DNA of 64,000 nucleotides from Escherichia coli (GTDB lineage Bacteria; Pseudomonadota; Gammaproteobacteria; Enterobacterales; Enterobacteriaceae): NCBI RefSeq assembly GCF_003334335.1, contig NZ_QOWQ01000021.1; one strand, 5' to 3'. Shown piece by piece: positions 1 to 9,160 of this stretch (position 1 is its first letter; each line of letters starts with the position of its first letter). The notes under the pieces were generated by a model. It saw only the letters and a program-made list of their open reading frames with translations, ran no database searches and was not told where the DNA came from. The position numbers and the translations under genes were made by a program.

Positions 1-212
1 GAAGTACAGCATCACCTGATGAACAAATGTCATAGTTTCTTACCGTTATGGTTGACAATGAGAACTGTTTTCATTTAGAAATGATTGATGTCGAAAGCAT
101 CCTTTCGTTAGATTCTCCATTGGGATTACCTCCGCCAGCTTCCGTTCCTGCCGCTGGCGGCTTTTTTTATCATGCCGCGGCATCCGCGTTGTTCACTTCC
201 ACCTTCACACTG

Positions 213-2132
213 TCAATCAGCAGCGTATATGTCGCCGCCTTTGATATGCCTGTCAGTTGCAGTTTGTCCGCCGCCCCTGATGCCGGAGATTTCACCAGTG
301 TGAACGGCGTCCCCCCGTTTCTCATCCAGTACCGGCGTCACCTGAATGCTGTTGTTTCCGGCAAACTCAAAAGCCAGTGTGTGCCATCCGTTATCAAAGA
401 CCCCGAACGTATCCAGCTTCGCATTCGGCTTCTTGTGGTACATCGCGTTCAGGTTCGTCGCATCCGTCTGCAGGAAGAAGGACATCAGCATGTCGTTGCC
501 TTCCTCTGCCAGCGTCACTCCCTCCGGCAGGGACGACAACTGCCAGTAAATGCCCAGGGCAAACCGATTCGGCACCAGTGAACCCGGCAACTTAAACCGT
601 ACGCTCACACGTCCCCCCTTCTTCAGTAACTCCACTCCCTGTCCGGCTGCATCATGCTCCAGAAACCAGATGTGGTTTTCCGGTTTATTCAGTTGCAGGG
701 CCTTACCTCCCGTAGCCCCCGCATCACTGACCACCGCTTCAGCAATGTTTTTGTTAACATTGTCTCCACTCGCCGGTTTGTGATAATAGCGCCAGCCCTG
801 TGATGCCAGGTCTTCGCCGGACGCCAGCAGACTCATCAGGGTTCGGTTACTGACCGGGGCTTCCGGCTCTCTCTCCGTACCTTCACCGGAAGGTCCGGTG
901 GGCTTCACCGTATCAGGCTGTTTTCCGGTAATGAATTCAGCGGTTCTCCCGGCATGCACAAGAATCGCCGTTGCCAGACGGTCGGAAATAATCCCACGAC
1001 GTGCCCATGATCCAAAATGCGTTTTACGGTCGGCCGTCGTCCAGGTTTTGGCGTCCGTTCGACCACCGGCTCCGTAATACCCAATATCCGCAACATCCGG
1101 ATCTTCTGACGGCTCGTTGGTACCCACATTTCGCCCGTTTTCATCCGTCATAAACGGCACAAAGAAGATTTTTTTTGCGGATTTCGTCTTGTATGCACCA
1201 TACACCGCATCGTATTGCGAAGAATAAGTCTGCTTCCAGTAGTAGGTCGTGTCGCCACAAATCCAGGGAACCGATGACGGAGAGCCCCCGAGACACTGAC
1301 CTCCGAATTCCGACAGGTCAGAACGATATTTTTCCACCATGGAATCAAACAGCCCCGGCTGAGTGGCGTATGCACCCTGTTTCAAATCAAACTCGCCCTG
1401 CATCCAGACCACTACAAGCAGAATATTTTTAGGGTTGGCCTTCAGTGCGGCCTGAGTACGGGTAAGCAGGTCCTTGTACAGTGGCTTATCTACACCCCAA
1501 CGTGCCGAGGTCTCGCTTGCGCCGGTGGATTCGCTGAAGGTACCTTCATCGCCCGCCAAAAATGCAGAACCACCACGGCAGCACGGAACCAGAAGAATAC
1601 CGGCATTCGCCGGAATAAACGGCAACAATTTCTTCGCGATATGTAATCCCTGCCCCACGCATCCATACTGAGCTGCGCTGGCTTTCGGGTGTGAAAACTT
1701 ACTCAAATCCTGAACATCATGCAGGCAGTGGTCCGCAGGAATAATGTCATTGTAGTTACAGGACGCACCACCCGGCGTGACAGTGCTGCGACGCGCCAGC
1801 TGTTTAATACGCGGGTCCGGACGGTCATATGTCTCCGGCAGCGGAAGCCCTTCACCATACGCCATGCCGTTTGACTGCCCGGCCAGCGCAATGACAAAGT
1901 AATATTCCGGTTCGCTGGTGGTGCTGATAACAGCGCCACCATCACCCGACGGTTGCACCACCACCGGTGTGGTGACATCACCTTCCGCCGCAATGGCCTG
2001 CATCAGGGTATAGGGCGTGATGGCCACCGGACTGCCAAATGGCTGCCACCCCTCCTTCAGTTTTTGTGTCAGTCGCTCCGCAAGGTCTGACGGCGACGCC
2101 GCCCTGACCACATCGTAGTGTTTAAATGTCAT
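213..2132 (-). CDS. nanS-p: Prophage sialate O-acetylesterase (NanS-p type): N-terminal DUF1737-like region plus SGNH/SASA esterase domain
   Basis: 639-aa ORF; GQSNGMAYG esterase motif; N-terminus MTFKHYDVV...EGWQPFGSP typical of prophage NanS-p; sits where Stx-like phages carry it, downstream of the tRNA cluster. Confidence 0.8.
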   Translation of the reverse strand: MTFKHYDVVRAASPSDLAERLTQKLKEGWQPFGSPVAITPYTLMQAIAAEGDVTTPVVVQPSGDGGAVISTTSEPEYYFVIALAGQSNGMAYGEGLPLPETYDRPDPRIKQLARRSTVTPGGASCNYNDIIPADHCLHDVQDLSKFSHPKASAAQYGCVGQGLHIAKKLLPFIPANAGILLVPCCRGGSAFLAGDEGTFSESTGASETSARWGVDKPLYKDLLTRTQAALKANPKNILLVVVWMQGEFDLKQGAYATQPGLFDSMVEKYRSDLSEFGGQCLGGSPSSVPWICGDTTYYWKQTYSSQYDAVYGAYKTKSAKKIFFVPFMTDENGRNVGTNEPSEDPDVADIGYYGAGGRTDAKTWTTADRKTHFGSWARRGIISDRLATAILVHAGRTAEFITGKQPDTVKPTGPSGEGTEREPEAPVSNRTLMSLLASGEDLASQGWRYYHKPASGDNVNKNIAEAVVSDAGATGGKALQLNKPENHIWFLEHDAAGQGVELLKKGGRVSVRFKLPGSLVPNRFALGIYWQLSSLPEGVTLAEEGNDMLMSFFLQTDATNLNAMYHKKPNAKLDTFGVFDNGWHTLAFEFAGNNSIQVTPVLDEKRGDAVHTGEISGIRGGGQTATDRHIKGGDIYAAD

Positions 2133-2314
2133 GAATCCTCCCGGTCGGGATAATGTTGTGAGTCAGATGAGGGGCGGGCTGAAGTCCGGAAGTTACAGGA
2201 CAATGGCAGGAGGAAGACTACAGCCCGCAATACGAAAAAGGCCGCGCAGTTGCGCAGCCTTATGAATTCTGGTTAAAATCCATTCGATTATAAAAATGTA
2301 TATCTCATGCTGTT

Positions 2315-2340
2315 GCCCGAACCCACTCGGGCTTTTTTTT
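2315..2340 (+). terminator. Rho-independent terminator-like hairpin (GCCCGA-n6-TCGGGC followed by T8)
   Basis: Perfect 6-bp GC-rich stem followed by eight T; a second hairpin (GCCCCTC-cgga-GAGGGGC) follows at 2353-2370. Confidence 0.5.
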
Positions 2341-2594
2341 GCCCACAAGAAAGCCCCTCCGGAGAGGGGCTAAAGCCGCGTATCTGTATCATCATGCACA
2401 TGGTGCCGGGTGCCTCCCGGTGAGTTCAGCCCGGTGCCACTAAACCCGCGTCATTCTCGTTTTGATAATCAGAGATTATACCGTCACCAGTCGCCCCTCC
2501 GCTCAGGGGGATTCACCATGCAGGATTTTTTTAACAAAATCCCTGACAGCCAGACAATCATCAACTTGCTGAATTGTGAGGTATTTAAAAATTT

Positions 2595-2617
2595 AGCAGG
2601 GTAACGGATACCCTGCT
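2595..2617 (-). terminator. Hairpin downstream of the phage tRNA cluster (AGCAGGGTA-n5-TACCCTGCT), putative tRNA-operon terminator
   Basis: 9-bp perfect inverted repeat; a T-rich tract follows on the minus strand. Confidence 0.4.
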
Positions 2618-2684
2618 AACCACCTGGTGTTTTCTTTTTCAGCAACTAAAAGGCCCGCCGAAGCAAGCCAGAAAAAAATAAGTG

Positions 2685-2761
2685 TGGCGCGTTGTACTGG
2701 AGTCGAACCAGTGACCGATTGCTTAGAAGGCAATTGCTCTGTCCGGCTGAGCTAACAACGC
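2685..2761 (-). tRNA. argO: tRNA-Arg (anticodon UCU), phage argO type
   Basis: 77-nt cloverleaf read by eye: acceptor GCGTTGT/ACAACGC, anticodon stem ATTGC/GCAAT with loop cTTCTAa, T-loop TTCGACT, 3' CCA. Confidence 0.8.
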
Positions 2762-2775
2762 AGAATGCCGATAAA

Positions 2776-2852
2776 TGGACCGCCATCGAGGACTCGAACC
2801 CCGCGCAACCAGCTTCGAAGGCTGGCGCTCTATCCTGATGAGCTAATGGCGG
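2776..2852 (-). tRNA. argN: tRNA-Arg (anticodon UCG), phage argN type
   Basis: 77-nt cloverleaf: acceptor CCGCCAT/ATGGCGG, anticodon stem CCAGC/GCTGG with loop cTTCGAa, T-loop TTCGAGT, 3' CCA. Confidence 0.75.
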
Positions 2853-2859
2853 TATGTGA

Positions 2860-2933
2860 TGGTGGCCCTTGCTGGATTTGAACCAGCGACCTGGCGATTA
2901 TAACTCGCTCTCATCATTTAGCTAAAATGGCTG
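2860..2933 (-). tRNA. ileZ: tRNA-Ile-like (ileZ type, anticodon UAU read by eye); acceptor and D arms imperfect, possibly degenerate
   Basis: Good T-arm (GCTGG-TTCAAAT-CCAGC) and CCA end; anticodon loop gTTATAa; 5' acceptor strand has two mismatches and the D stem is weak. Confidence 0.45.
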
Positions 2934-3056
2934 GGGGAGTGATGATACATCAGTCACATTAAACATGAAAACAAATCGTTTTAGGTGAAATACAAAAAGA
3001 ATAGTGATTAAATATCAAATGGATATGCTTTAAATCTAACCACAGTAAAGACGAGT

Positions 3057-4001
3057 ATGATTTTTCTCAAGAATGGCGAAAGTTTTATTCGCGTGAATGA
3101 CTGGGCAGAAATTCAGGCGAGAGAGTCTTACTATCCCAAATTAGAGTTAAATGATCAGCAACTCTCTGACGTTTTTGGTTACTACGATGACCTACCAGAG
3201 GAAATTCCATGTGGAAAATCAAATTGCCGCAAAGGGCATAAAAAGGGATTTCTGGTAGTTACGAAAGAAGGATTTGAAACGAATATCGGCCATGTATGTG
3301 GAACTAATGTTTTTGGTATAGCATTTGATAATTTAGCAATAGAACTTTGCCGAAAAGCAGATTTCCATCGCTTACTTACCGCACTTAAAGAGGCAAAAGA
3401 TGATATTTTTAGCTATTACAAACTCAAAGCCAAAATCGAATCTGGGCGTCCATCACTAACTGAGGTTGCTCATAGAATACTTGACATGAAAGACCCTAAA
3501 ATCATCGGGCGTGCGGCTTATCAAACATTGAAAAAGATGGCTGCTTCTGGTGATGGGCGTGTTTTCCGCTCAAGATTAAAAAATACAGAAGAGCTAGAAC
3601 TGGACGAAATTATGTCCCAGAAGCAAACAAGCGACTCAGCTCCAAAAGTTAACAACAAAAACAAAACCGTAAATGAACTTATTGGGGTAATACAATACCC
3701 TGAATGCTTGCTGAATGATTATGACATTGCTCTTCTTTATGAAAGAGATATAAAAATGGTTCTGGAAAAATTAAACAAATGTACCCCAGATGAATTGACT
3801 GAAAGAGAGGTGTTGTCTTTTGGAATAAAGGTTTCAAGATTAAGAGAACGCTTTAACTTTGCTCAGGAACGCTTAGAAAAATCCAGGGTTTTTGCAACAA
3901 GAGAAAACCTTAAACCTTTACGTGCATTACTTAACATTCAGAAATCTGTAAGCAATAAAGACAAATTACTATTTAAGAAATTTATGGAAAATTTACCATA
4001 A
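3057..4001 (+). CDS. Hypothetical protein, orphan moron on the strand opposite the late operon (314 aa, family not recognised)
   Basis: Clean 945-nt ORF; AT-rich upstream leader 2940-3056; ends at the bidirectional terminator 4005-4028; Cys/His cluster (CGKSNC...H...C) near the N-terminus. Confidence 0.7.
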   Translation: MIFLKNGESFIRVNDWAEIQARESYYPKLELNDQQLSDVFGYYDDLPEEIPCGKSNCRKGHKKGFLVVTKEGFETNIGHVCGTNVFGIAFDNLAIELCRKADFHRLLTALKEAKDDIFSYYKLKAKIESGRPSLTEVAHRILDMKDPKIIGRAAYQTLKKMAASGDGRVFRSRLKNTEELELDEIMSQKQTSDSAPKVNNKNKTVNELIGVIQYPECLLNDYDIALLYERDIKMVLEKLNKCTPDELTEREVLSFGIKVSRLRERFNFAQERLEKSRVFATRENLKPLRALLNIQKSVSNKDKLLFKKFMENLP

Positions 4002-4004
4002 TTA

Positions 4005-4028
4005 AAAAACCCGCTATAAAGCGGGTTC
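4005..4028. terminator. Bidirectional rho-independent terminator (AACCCGCT-ataa-AGCGGGTT); candidate tR' on the minus strand and terminator of the 3057-4001 gene on the plus strand
   Basis: 8-bp stem; A-run upstream and T-rich tract downstream on the plus strand, T6 downstream on the minus strand; about 110 nt downstream of the Q-like gene. Confidence 0.6.
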
Positions 4029-4137
4029 CGTGTTAATTTTTATATTGGCGCTAAACCCCATAATTAAAATGATACAAGACAATTTTATGCAAAGTCAAGT
4101 CGGTTGCTCAAAAATCTCTCCGCCAAAGCTGTTCAGA

Positions 4138-4953
4138 TCAGTAACTCGTTGCCTTCTCAAATTCTCTAGCCGCATGCCGCTCACCTTGATGCAGGATATC
4201 AATCAATTTTTCATAGAATGGTTTCCAATTGCGCGACCATGAAGACTGGTGCAGATCGGGAATGTATATTTGAATAGCTCGATGAACATTAGCTGATTTG
4301 ATAGATACGAATCCCTTTCCACTACAACGCTCGCAGATTTTAAACACTGGCACACCACGCTCGCTTGTGGCTTTGCGGTCCAGTACCTCTCCCTTTCCAC
4401 CACAACGACACCTGGCACTTATCACTCCCTTCCCTTTACATACATCGCAAACGACTGGTACAACTTCCGTTACCTCTGTCCATCTTTCCCAGTCTGACGG
4501 TCGAACAGCACGGGAGCGACTGGCCCAATATGGTGCTTTACCCCATGGGTATGAAACCTTACGAATGACCTGCTTACGGGGTGTTAGTCCGGTACCACTG
4601 CAACTATGGCATGTTACGCTGGTGGCCGCCGATCGGGAATACTCAGCAAAAGCAAACTGAGCCAGTACCAGCATACACCAGCCAAATTCACCACCAGCTG
4701 CTTTACGCACATTCTTCGGTGCAATTTCCATCGCGTGACGCGCCAGCGCCTGGACTGCCATCTGCTCATCAGTCTTGCTGATACCGGCCTTCCCGAAGAA
4801 GGCCGCCAGGCCAAACCGCTCACGATTACTGGTGGTACCAATAGCCGCCATAACATCGGTGCCTGTAAGACGTTCCGGAGAGGTTCCTTTCACATCGTCG
4901 CCGATATACATTCCCTGAGGACTGAAGTATTTTAGCGATGCCTCAAGCTTCAT
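4138..4953 (-). CDS. Late-gene antitermination protein Q-like (QuuQ type) with four CxxCxGxG zinc-finger repeats
   Basis: 271 aa; repeats CHSCSGTG, CDVCKGKG, CRCGGKG, CERCSGKG; sits immediately upstream of the tRNA/late region as Q does in lambdoid phages. Confidence 0.65.
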   Translation of the reverse strand: MKLEASLKYFSPQGMYIGDDVKGTSPERLTGTDVMAAIGTTSNRERFGLAAFFGKAGISKTDEQMAVQALARHAMEIAPKNVRKAAGGEFGWCMLVLAQFAFAEYSRSAATSVTCHSCSGTGLTPRKQVIRKVSYPWGKAPYWASRSRAVRPSDWERWTEVTEVVPVVCDVCKGKGVISARCRCGGKGEVLDRKATSERGVPVFKICERCSGKGFVSIKSANVHRAIQIYIPDLHQSSWSRNWKPFYEKLIDILHQGERHAAREFEKATSY

Positions 4954-5810
4954 TATTCACACTCCCCAACCAGATTGAGAATGACCGCTGCACCATCGTC
5001 TTCCATGCATTCACCCTTACCACTTGCCAGAAACCAGCGGCACACCTCCACGGCTTCAGCGCGTGTCACCGGTTTGATGGTTGCCAGCAATTTTTCAAGG
5101 TAGCGCTCCCGGTCATATACCGATTCGTGATGCTCAGAGTAACCAAACTCATCGCCCTGTTCTTTAGTTGCAGTGTGGCGAACACTGTAGAGCCAGTCCC
5201 AGTAAACGAACTCGCGAACAACATCAGACAGCGTATAAGGCTCAGGCAGCACATCGCGATATCCATCAACAAATGCCCGACGCTGTTCATCAATTTCGTT
5301 CATGCGGCTGCCGCCAATGCTTCCGGCTTTTTTCTCTGCCGCAGTCCAGCCCCAGAGATGATCGTTGATAAATTTCTGGGAAGACCTGATGACCCGCTCT
5401 GCTTCCACATCTTCGAGCGCTGCTTCATAGCTACCAAACGTAGCCCTGACTGATGCCGCTTTTTTGATGTTCTCCCGGGCGTTCCTGATAACCTGCGCAG
5501 GGTTATCCATGCCGATGATGCCGAACGCAACCTGGAAAGGTTCGTAACCATTCGCCAGCAGATAACGCGAATAGCGTTCCTGAGCCTCTTTTGGGGAAAT
5601 TTTAATTTTCACCAGCGCAGCCTCAGCAGCATCCAGATGTGCGGGTTCGTTCAGACGGATAACCTCCAGCACCCAAAGATAAGCATCAGTCTGCTTATGC
5701 CCGGTGATTCTCCGTTGCTCTGGCAGGGGCTTGATGTTTGCGAGGGCGGAGCTGTACGCTGCCGTCGGGATGGTGAATAGTGCTTTATGTTCGTTATTAT
5801 CAGTACGCAT
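4953..5810 (-). CDS. Hypothetical phage protein (285 aa), start/stop-overlapped with primase and Q
   Basis: ORF with overlapping start and stop codons to its neighbours; no family assigned. Confidence 0.55.
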   Translation of the reverse strand: MRTDNNEHKALFTIPTAAYSSALANIKPLPEQRRITGHKQTDAYLWVLEVIRLNEPAHLDAAEAALVKIKISPKEAQERYSRYLLANGYEPFQVAFGIIGMDNPAQVIRNARENIKKAASVRATFGSYEAALEDVEAERVIRSSQKFINDHLWGWTAAEKKAGSIGGSRMNEIDEQRRAFVDGYRDVLPEPYTLSDVVREFVYWDWLYSVRHTATKEQGDEFGYSEHHESVYDRERYLEKLLATIKPVTRAEAVEVCRWFLASGKGECMEDDGAAVILNLVGECE

Positions 5811-6778
5811 TACGCAACCGCCTTTTTCTTATGGAAAACCAGCTCTCGAACCTGATCACCGTTCATGAGCATATTGTTGAAATCATCGTGATCCGGCCAG
5901 TACACGCTCACGCGCTGCAGGTCATTCTTTGCCATCAGATTGGCATGAGCACATTCGCAAGCCGCAGCCAGCCCGGTGGCGCTGTTCTCGTCACGGTCGG
6001 CAAAAATAATCAGGTGCAGAACACCAGCTGGTACGCGAAACTTTTTCATAAAGCCGCTGTTAATGGTTGCCCAGGTGTTCACGTTATAAATCTGGTGCGC
6101 TGACAGCGCTGTTTCGATGCCTTCGGCGATACCCAGAGTGCTGGCGACAGGAAACATGCGGATAGCTACAGAACGAGCGTGATCCAAATAGTTATCTTCC
6201 TGCAGGGATTTGAGGCGCTTTGCACTGCTACCGATATCTGCTTTTTTATCACCATCAAGCAGAGTCTGGTGCAGATAGCACAACTCCCCTTTATCGTCCG
6301 TAGCAAGTGAATAAAGAGACTGGAACACACTCCCGTTGTGTCTCTGCCTGGCATTGAACCGGATCGCCTCAGCAGGAAGACTGAATATTCCACGAGAATT
6401 AAGATACGCTGCGCCGGATGTACCACGCAGTGCCTCCAGTTTTGAAAACTTGCTCAATACCCGTTTGCGTAAGCTGGTGGCGCTGCTGGTTACCGGGATT
6501 TTAACCCGTTGGTAATCATTACCGATCAGGCGGTCTATTTCGGTACAAATCTCGTTAAATGGCTTCGCCTGTGTCAGGGTGACAAGTTTCATACCATCGC
6601 CACTACCACATACACAGATCCACGTTCCTGCACCGTCGCGGTCGTCAATTCGGAACTTGCCACGTGCACCGCATACCGGGCATTCACCCTTGAAGTGATT
6701 TTTTCCGGTTATCGGCGGCAGACCGAAGTGCTCTAATATTTCAGGCCAGCGGCCTTTCGCTGCATCTGCTGTTTTCAT
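5810..6778 (-). CDS. Phage DNA primase (N-terminal zinc ribbon plus Toprim domain, P4-alpha-like)
   Basis: CPVCGARGKF...WICVCG zinc-ribbon motif followed by a Toprim-like acidic region (FADRDEN). Confidence 0.65.
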   Translation of the reverse strand: MKTADAAKGRWPEILEHFGLPPITGKNHFKGECPVCGARGKFRIDDRDGAGTWICVCGSGDGMKLVTLTQAKPFNEICTEIDRLIGNDYQRVKIPVTSSATSLRKRVLSKFSKLEALRGTSGAAYLNSRGIFSLPAEAIRFNARQRHNGSVFQSLYSLATDDKGELCYLHQTLLDGDKKADIGSSAKRLKSLQEDNYLDHARSVAIRMFPVASTLGIAEGIETALSAHQIYNVNTWATINSGFMKKFRVPAGVLHLIIFADRDENSATGLAAACECAHANLMAKNDLQRVSVYWPDHDDFNNMLMNGDQVRELVFHKKKAVA

Positions 6779-6779
6779 C

Positions 6780-8438
6780 TTACTGACTCAGACTGTTTAT
6801 ATTTTTCTGGAGTTGGTGCTTTGCCTGCATGATGCGCCAGGCCTCACTGCCTGCCGGTATCTCACGTCGTTCATCACGTTCCTGAGATAAATCAATCGTT
6901 GTTTGTGCGTTTTCAGTGACCTTCTGAACCCGCTGGTGGCCTTTGGCAAACCGGATCAGTTTGTGTCTGATGTAGTTATTTACCTCAGGGGTAATTTCCA
7001 TCGGAAAGTTACTCAGTCCGTCAGGCCACTCACCGAACTTTTCCCGGAAAGTGTGAGCACACCATCCGTCACTGACTGGACGCCCCAGCGAAGCACGCTG
7101 GCGCTGATAAAATTTGATCTGACTCCACCAGGACTGTTTCTCTGCCTTCGTCGACTGATGCTGATTTTTACCCAGCTTATTAAGTTTGCGGCTAGTGTCA
7201 GTATCAACGTCTTCACCTCGCAGCGGCTTGTGTCCACATTTCGGGCAAACATAGACGCCTGCTGGCTTCATGTAGTGGCATTGAGGGCATTCATGTGGCA
7301 GTTTTTCGGCCCGTTCCTCAACTGCCCGGCGCGCGCTTTCCTCCATGCCGTCAGACTTACCGGGAAGCTCGTCGTACTCGATTGAATCCGGATAACCCAA
7401 ACGGTGCACGGTGCCGCTGTGATCGAAGATAAGGCAGGACTCTTTACCCGGTGCGGTGCGCAGCCCACGCCCGAGAGCCTGCAACCAGCGAATTTCGCTT
7501 TTTGTTGGCCTGGCGTAGATGATGCAACGAACGTCACTATCAAAGCCGGCCACCAGAACGCCCACACTAACGATGATTTTCGTTGCACCGGTTTCAAAGC
7601 GGTGAATGATGGTCTGGCGCTCATCTACCGGAGTGTCGGCGGTCATTACCTCAGCGTTAACACCCGCCAGGTTAAACTGGATTGTCAGATAATTGGCGTG
7701 AGCTACGTTGACGCAGAAAGCGATGGTAGGTAAATCCCGACCATTCTCCAGCCAGTTCTGTACGATGTCGCCCACCAGCGTAGAGCCGCACATGATTTCA
7801 GCCAGCTGTGTTTCGTTGTAATCGCGGCCGTACTCAAGCGAAGATGTGGTTTTAACACCTTTCAGATCCGGCTTAGTTGGCGCGTAAAATTCGTATTTAC
7901 TCAGATCGCCACGCTGGATTAACTCGCCGATGGTGGTCGGCTTAATCAGTCGGTCATAGTATTTGCCCAGGAACGGAGAAAACGGAGTACCCGACAGGCC
8001 AATCACCTTTACGCCTTTGCCGCGCAGACGTTCGATATCCTTCAGGATGCGTTTTTTACGCAGGTGCGCTTCGTCGATAATCAGCAGATCGATATTTTCA
8101 GGAAAAACACGACGAATAAGCGTGTCAGCGCTGGCAATCTGAATTTTCCGGTCCGGATCGTAGTTCGGGTGATCCGCCCAGATATAACCGATTTCATCTC
8201 CAGGTAAACCATACTGCACGAACCGATTAGCCGTCTGACCAATCAGGATGGTGTACGGAACACAGAACAGAACACGCATACCACGGCTGACAAAACCAGC
8301 AACTATGAAGGCTGCCAGACCCGTTTTACCGCTACCTGTTGGCGAGTAAACCATGAAGGTGTCGTTTGCCTTCCAGTCACGGCGCAACATGTTTAACGCT
8401 CGTTCCTGTGCAAAATTCGGCGTGATCGTCAGCTCCAT
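6780..8438 (-). CDS. Phage superfamily-2 DEAH-box helicase with C-terminal zinc ribbon (replicative helicase)
   Basis: Walker A SPTGSGKT, DEAH box (IIDEAH), C-terminal CPQC...CPKC; adjacent to the primase. Confidence 0.8.
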   Translation of the reverse strand: MELTITPNFAQERALNMLRRDWKANDTFMVYSPTGSGKTGLAAFIVAGFVSRGMRVLFCVPYTILIGQTANRFVQYGLPGDEIGYIWADHPNYDPDRKIQIASADTLIRRVFPENIDLLIIDEAHLRKKRILKDIERLRGKGVKVIGLSGTPFSPFLGKYYDRLIKPTTIGELIQRGDLSKYEFYAPTKPDLKGVKTTSSLEYGRDYNETQLAEIMCGSTLVGDIVQNWLENGRDLPTIAFCVNVAHANYLTIQFNLAGVNAEVMTADTPVDERQTIIHRFETGATKIIVSVGVLVAGFDSDVRCIIYARPTKSEIRWLQALGRGLRTAPGKESCLIFDHSGTVHRLGYPDSIEYDELPGKSDGMEESARRAVEERAEKLPHECPQCHYMKPAGVYVCPKCGHKPLRGEDVDTDTSRKLNKLGKNQHQSTKAEKQSWWSQIKFYQRQRASLGRPVSDGWCAHTFREKFGEWPDGLSNFPMEITPEVNNYIRHKLIRFAKGHQRVQKVTENAQTTIDLSQERDERREIPAGSEAWRIMQAKHQLQKNINSLSQ

Positions 8439-8851
8439 TGTGCAGCTCCCGTGCTGATGAGATAATAATTTTGTGATGTGGTTTTCATGGATTCCCCCTC
8501 ACATGGCTGGTGGCCTCCCCAAAGGCTGCCAGCCTCCCTTCTGATTCAGCTCCTCTGAAAAATCACTCTTCCAGGAAGAACCCTTTTCGTTTCTCAGCGC
8601 CTGAGCGCTTTGTACTACCTTGCTGATACGGGCGTTTTTTTAAATTGCGCCCTTAAGACAGTGATCTACTTAACCAATGGATCTCTCCTGTTGGAAAAGA
8701 CCCTATTCCTGCCCCAACACCCAATCCCCCCTTACCCCCCTTACCCTCTTCCCCATAAAAACGTACTACTTCCCTAGTACACATGAGGAGTTGGGTCAGT
8801 TGGTTGCCAACCTGAACAGGCACCTTTAAGCCTGCTTCTGTTCGGGTACCT

Positions 8852-9160
8852 TTAAACCCGAAACAATGAGGAGCGCGATTGCGATCCAGCCAGGGGAGGT
8901 TCGGCTGTATACCCCTGTAAAGCTCTGCCCTGATTTCTTACAAACAGGCGGAGCCTTGTGTTTGCTTCGTGCCTTGCTCTGTTCTCCTTGCGGAATGAAA
9001 CAGGCTCAGCGTCAAAAGTGATTTCGTATACCTCCGCATATTTCAGGGCGACCTTCCGTCTCAGTGACGGAGGCAGCCCCTGTAACTGCTGCTGAATCCA
9101 CTCTTCGTCTGCCTGGCAGTACCTAGCTGGCATTTCAACCCTGACTAAATCCTGTTGCAT
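8852..9160 (-). CDS. Hypothetical phage early protein (102 aa)
   Basis: ORF between the cro-like gene and the helicase, same strand. Confidence 0.4.
   Translation of the reverse strand: MQQDLVRVEMPARYCQADEEWIQQQLQGLPPSLRRKVALKYAEVYEITFDAEPVSFRKENRARHEANTRLRLFVRNQGRALQGYTAEPPLAGSQSRSSLFRV

Noticed and set aside
48-2132. Multiple short plus-strand ORFs (such as 48-581 and 1175-1432) overlapping nanS-p
   Set aside because: All are nested within or antisense to the 639-aa esterase ORF, with no start context.
4203-4856. Several 60-120-aa ORFs in alternative frames within the Q-like gene
   Set aside because: They overlap the 271-aa Q-like ORF, which has clear zinc-finger repeats. No evidence for overlapping genes.
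8690-8760. C-rich short repeats (ccccccttacc ccccttacc ctcttcccc), considered as a possible repeat array or CRISPR-like feature
   Set aside because: Only two or three imperfect copies, no spacers of regular length and no cas genes. It is more likely promoter/leader sequence of the early-right operon.
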